The notes under the pieces are model-generated. The model was not told where the DNA came from. It did not search any database and saw only the letters and a program-made list of their open reading frames with translations. A DNA stretch of 64,000 nt, from contig CACPON010000001.1 in the NCBI GenBank assembly GCA_902635645.1, forward strand, positions 31,435-95,434, written 5' to 3'. Each line of letters starts with the position of its first letter. Positions within the stretch are counted from its first letter, which is position 1. Source of the stretch: an uncultured SAR86 cluster bacterium (GTDB lineage: Bacteria; Pseudomonadota; Gammaproteobacteria; Magnimaribacterales; D2472). Below, piece after piece: positions 60,850 through 64,000 of the stretch. The position numbers were made by a program, and so were the translations under genes.

Positions 60850-61577
60850 CTGAAAGGTTAAGATTTTTTATAGCAGGTTTTTTTGTTGGTCTTGCTGAAC
60901 TTCTTCCAGGTATATCTGGGTCTACTGTTGCTATAGCTTTTAAAGTATATGAAAAATTTATTTTATTTTTATCTAATTTAAAAATTAGTAATTTTTCATT
61001 TAATTTTAAGAAATTAAATCAGGTTTTTTTTCTTGATGTAATAATTCCTTTTTTTATTGCTATGGCGATTAGCGTAATATTTGCCTCAAAATTTATTTTA
61101 TTTTTATATTCTGAGTATACGAATGGTTTTTTAATATTCTTATCATTCTTGATGTGTTCAATATCTTTCTTAATAGCCTTTCGATTAAAAAACGAATTTA
61201 AGTTTAATATGAATTGGATAATTTATTTTCTAGCAGGAGCAATTTTTGCAGCAATGCTTAATACCATTAGTCTGGTATCAAATAACCCATCATTTATTGT
61301 ATTTGTATTAATTGGATTTATAGCATTTTCATTTTTTTTACTACCTGGGATTTCTGGAAGCGCAATTTTATTATCAATTGGAGTCTATGAAATCATTATT
61401 GGCTCCATAGCAAACATCCAGCTTGAGATACTTATGCCTTTTGCAATTGGTTGTTTGATTTCATTATTTTTAATGCCAAAAATAATCAATCACCTACTAT
61501 CTAAATATAAATTAAATATAATGATTTTCTTTGCTGCTTTGATTTTTGTAAGCGGAGTTCTTATTTTTCCAAACTAA
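60846..61577 (+). CDS. DUF368-family membrane protein (PopT-type polyprenyl-phosphate transporter family)
   Basis: 243 aa polytopic protein. Duplicated signature LLPGISGS (AELLPGISGSTVA and FLLPGISGSAIL), typical of DUF368. Confidence 0.75.
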   Translation: MTERLRFFIAGFFVGLAELLPGISGSTVAIAFKVYEKFILFLSNLKISNFSFNFKKLNQVFFLDVIIPFFIAMAISVIFASKFILFLYSEYTNGFLIFLSFLMCSISFLIAFRLKNEFKFNMNWIIYFLAGAIFAAMLNTISLVSNNPSFIVFVLIGFIAFSFFLLPGISGSAILLSIGVYEIIIGSIANIQLEILMPFAIGCLISLFLMPKIINHLLSKYKLNIMIFFAALIFVSGVLIFPN

Positions 61578-61582
61578 TTGTT

Positions 61583-61906
61583 TTATAGGCCTATTAAGTC
61601 TCTTTTATTTTTAACAGTTTCATATTTTTCAGCTTCAGGAAGAGGGTCTTTTGCTTCAGTTATATTTTCATAAACTTCTGAAAGACGCGCATTGATTTCA
61701 ATAAAGTCTATTTGATCATCTGGAAGTTCATCTTCTGAGAGAATAGCGTCAATCGGACATTCTGGTTCACATAAAGCACAATCAATGCATTCGTCTGGGT
61801 GAATAACTAAAAAGTCAGGGCCTTCATAAAAGCAATCTACAGGACAAACTTCAACACAATCAGTGTATTTACATTTTATACAAGTTTCAGTTACTACAAA
61901 TGCCAT
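61583..61906 (-). CDS. fdxA: 7Fe ferredoxin (Azotobacter FdxA type)
   Basis: 107 aa. [14 protein letters not shown] and [12 protein letters not shown] cluster motifs. Confidence 0.9.
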   Translation of the reverse strand: MAFVVTETCIKCKYTDCVEVCPVDCFYEGPDFLVIHPDECIDCALCEPECPIDAILSEDELPDDQIDFIEINARLSEVYENITEAKDPLPEAEKYETVKNKRDLIGL

Positions 61907-62000
61907 AATTTAATGTTGATACTTTATTATAAAAGTGTGACTGTAAGATAAAATAAAGAAAAAATATACTTTTATGTTGTAAATTTCTTAATTACTATTA

Positions 62001-62020
62001 TACTGTATAAATATACAGTA
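62001..62020 (+). promoter_or_regulatory. LexA (SOS) box upstream of recA
   Basis: TACTGTATAAATATACAGTA, i.e. TACTG-N10-CAGTA with an AT-only spacer. It ends 10 nt before the recA ATG and is followed directly by the AGGAG RBS (62021-62025). Candidate promoter: TTGTAA (61977-61982), 16 nt, TATACT (61999-62004), overlapping the box. Confidence 0.8.
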
Positions 62021-62030
62021 AGGAGTTATT

Positions 62031-63047
62031 ATGGCTAAATCAAAAGATACAGGTTCAAAATCATTAAAGGATACGCTTGCAGATATAGATAGTCATTTCG
62101 GTAAAGGTACCGTTATGAGAATGGGGGATAGAGAAAATCTTGATATTCCTTCGATTTCAACAGGTTCAGTAGGGTTAGATATAGCATTAGGTATAGGCGG
62201 CATACCAAAAGGTAGAGTTACTGAGATATATGGACCAGAATCTTCTGGTAAAACTACTCTAACTCTTCAAATTATTGCTCAATGTCAAAAAGAGGGTGGA
62301 ACATGTGCATTTATTGATGCAGAGCATGCACTAGATCCTCAATATGCAGAAAAGCTAGGTGTAAATGTCGACGAATTATTATTATCACAGCCAGATACTG
62401 GTGAACAAGCTCTAGAAGTAGCTGACATGTTGGTTAGATCAAATAGTGTTGATTTAGTTATCATTGATTCAGTTGCAGCATTAGTTCCAAGAGCTGAAAT
62501 AGAAGGTGAGATGGGTGATCATCATGTAGGCCTTCAAGCCAGATTAATGTCTCAAGCTCTCAGAAAGATTACAGGGAATATACAAAGGTCTGGAGCAACA
62601 GTTGTATTTATTAACCAAATACGAATGAAGATTGGTGTAATGTTTGGTAGCCCTGAAACAACAACTGGTGGTAATGCTCTTAAGTTCTATTCTTCAGTAA
62701 GATTAGACATAAGAAGAATAGGTGCTGTTAAAGAAGGCGATGAAATTATGGGCAATGAGACGAGAGTCAAAGTTGTAAAAAATAAAGTTTCACCTCCATT
62801 TAAACAAGCTGAGTTTCAGATTATGTATGGTCAGGGCATTAATTCTGAAGGTGAAATATTGGATTATGCTCATAAACTTGGTCTTGTTGAAAAGTCTGGT
62901 GCTTTCTACAAAATGGATGGCGAAACTATAGGACAAGGAAAAGTAAAAGCTAGTTTATTCTTAAAAGAGAATGCAAAAATCCGTAATAGCCTGTTAAAGG
63001 AAATCAGAAAAGCTTATATAACCAGCAAGGCAAAATCTACAAAATAG
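62031..63047 (+). CDS. recA: recombinase RecA
   Basis: 338 aa. Walker [28 protein letters not shown]2 loop region. Confidence 0.97.
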   Translation: MAKSKDTGSKSLKDTLADIDSHFGKGTVMRMGDRENLDIPSISTGSVGLDIALGIGGIPKGRVTEIYGPESSGKTTLTLQIIAQCQKEGGTCAFIDAEHALDPQYAEKLGVNVDELLLSQPDTGEQALEVADMLVRSNSVDLVIIDSVAALVPRAEIEGEMGDHHVGLQARLMSQALRKITGNIQRSGATVVFINQIRMKIGVMFGSPETTTGGNALKFYSSVRLDIRRIGAVKEGDEIMGNETRVKVVKNKVSPPFKQAEFQIMYGQGINSEGEILDYAHKLGLVEKSGAFYKMDGETIGQGKVKASLFLKENAKIRNSLLKEIRKAYITSKAKSTK

Positions 63048-63065
63048 TTTTTTGTTGATACAATT

Positions 63066-63100
63066 ATCCCCATTAGAATTTTTTTAGTGGGGATTTTTTT
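63066..63100 (+). terminator. rho-independent terminator after recA
   Basis: ATCCCCATTA (63066-63075) pairs with TAGTGGGGAT (63085-63094) as a 10-bp stem with one G-U. The loop is 9 nt, followed by a T6 run (63095-63100). Confidence 0.7.
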
Positions 63101-64000
63101 ATGGCAGAGAAAGCTTATATTGTTGAGGCAGTAAGAACTGCAGGTGGGAAAAGGGATGGTAAATTAAGTCTTTGGCATCCTGCTGATCTTGGTGCAAAAG
63201 TATTAGATGAGATAACTTCTAGGCTTGATATGGATCCTGCTCTTGTTGACGATGTTGTTTTTGGTTGTGTAGACCAAGTTGGTGCTCAGTCAGGCAATGT
63301 TGCAAGAAATGCAATTCTGTCTTCATCATTTCCTGAATCGGTTCCTGGAACTTCCGTTGATAGACAATGTGGTTCCTCTCAACAAGCAATACATTTTGCA
63401 ATTCAAGCAGTAATGTCAGGTACACAAGATATTGTCATTGGAGGCGGTGTTGAAGTGATGTCCATGGTTCCAATTGGCGCTTCGGTTAAAGATGGTTATG
63501 ATGCTGGCCATGGTTTCCCTTTTGATTCTGACGGTATTAAAGCTAGATATCCAGGTGTATTTTTCTCCCAATTTACAGGTGCTGAACTAGTAGCTAAAAA
63601 ATGGAATCTATCAAGAGAAGATTTAGATCAGTTTGCTCTTGAAAGTCATCAAAAAGCTGCAAATGCTACTGAGTTAAAATATTTTGATAGAGAGATTCTT
63701 CCGGTTCAAGCTAAAAATGCTGAGGGTATTGAAGAAATGGTAACTGCAGATGAGGGCATAAGATTTGATGCAAGTCTTGAAAAACTTGCAGGGCTTAAAA
63801 CTGTTTCTGAAGGCGGGGTAGTAACTGCTGGCAATGCAAGCCAAATTACAGATGGTGCAGCAGCAGTTCTTGTTTGTAATGAAGCAGGACTTAAAAAAAT
63901 TAATGCAAATCCTAGAGCAGAAATAGTATCAATCTCAGTTGTTGGAGATGATCCTGTCTACATGTTAACTGGACCAATTCCTGCATCGCACAAAGCACTA
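63101..64000 (+). CDS. acetyl-CoA C-acyltransferase (thiolase), 5' 300 codons; runs off the right edge
   Basis: Not in the ORF track because there is no stop in the window. My translation from 63101 reads MAEKAYIVEAVRTAGGKRDGKLSLWHPADLGA... and includes the thiolase active-site Cys motif VDRQCGSSQQA. The frame stays open to 64000. Confidence 0.88.
   Translation, partial: MAEKAYIVEAVRTAGGKRDGKLSLWHPADLGAKVLDEITSRLDMDPALVDDVVFGCVDQVGAQSGNVARNAILSSSFPESVPGTSVDRQCGSSQQAIHFAIQAVMSGTQDIVIGGGVEVMSMVPIGASVKDGYDAGHGFPFDSDGIKARYPGVFFSQFTGAELVAKKWNLSREDLDQFALESHQKAANATELKYFDREILPVQAKNAEGIEEMVTADEGIRFDASLEKLAGLKTVSEGGVVTAGNASQITDGAAAVLVCNEAGLKKINANPRAEIVSISVVGDDPVYMLTGPIPASHKAL

Overview
This window looks like a contiguous, very gene-dense, visibly AT-rich stretch of core chromosome from a gammaproteobacterium with Pseudomonas/E. 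coli-like synteny. That assignment is inferred from gene order and protein motifs; no database search was possible. I support 70 protein-coding genes, two of them cut by the window edges, plus tRNA-Gln and the RNase P RNA.

Conserved blocks, in order:
- rplY-prs-tRNA(Gln)-ispE-lolB, divergent from hemA-prfA-prmC.
- A small variable segment: a BBOX-like/HD-domain oxygenase pair, selO, a nitroreductase, an acyl-CoA ligase and a MaoC dehydratase.
- gatCAB, divergent from mreBCD plus a short AsmA/YhdP-like protein.
- kdsD-lptA-lptB-rpoN-mgtE, divergent from mlaC-ibaG-murA.
- degS-like, zapE, rplM-rpsI, petABC, sspA.
- lpoA-like, divergent from rsmI, followed by rnpB.
- A complete dcw cell-wall/division cluster.
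- rpsF-rpsR-rplI, dnaB-alr, pyrG-kdsA-eno-ftsB-ispDF-surE-pcm, a DUF368 protein, fdxA, recA and a thiolase.

I found no CRISPR array, transposase, integrase, phage gene or recognisable defence system, and nothing I can defend as a wholly new system.

Points most worth a second look:
1. ftsZ has moved from the 3' end of the dcw cluster to second position (mraZ-ftsZ-rsmH). It lies directly behind four GTGTG direct repeats at exact 10-bp phasing, which look like an MraZ operator.
2. A translationally coupled pair, a gamma-butyrobetaine-hydroxylase-like 2OG oxygenase and an HD-domain protein, matches the TmpA/TmpB-type oxidative phosphonate C-P cleavage architecture.
3. Several envelope and division proteins are strongly reduced: MurD with a non-canonical P-loop, a half-length LpoA, a 780-aa YhdP-like protein, and no lptC/kdsC at the lpt locus.
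4. ispD and ispF are fused.
5. Compaction is extreme. Gene starts overlap head-to-head, and no convergent gene pair has room for a terminator.
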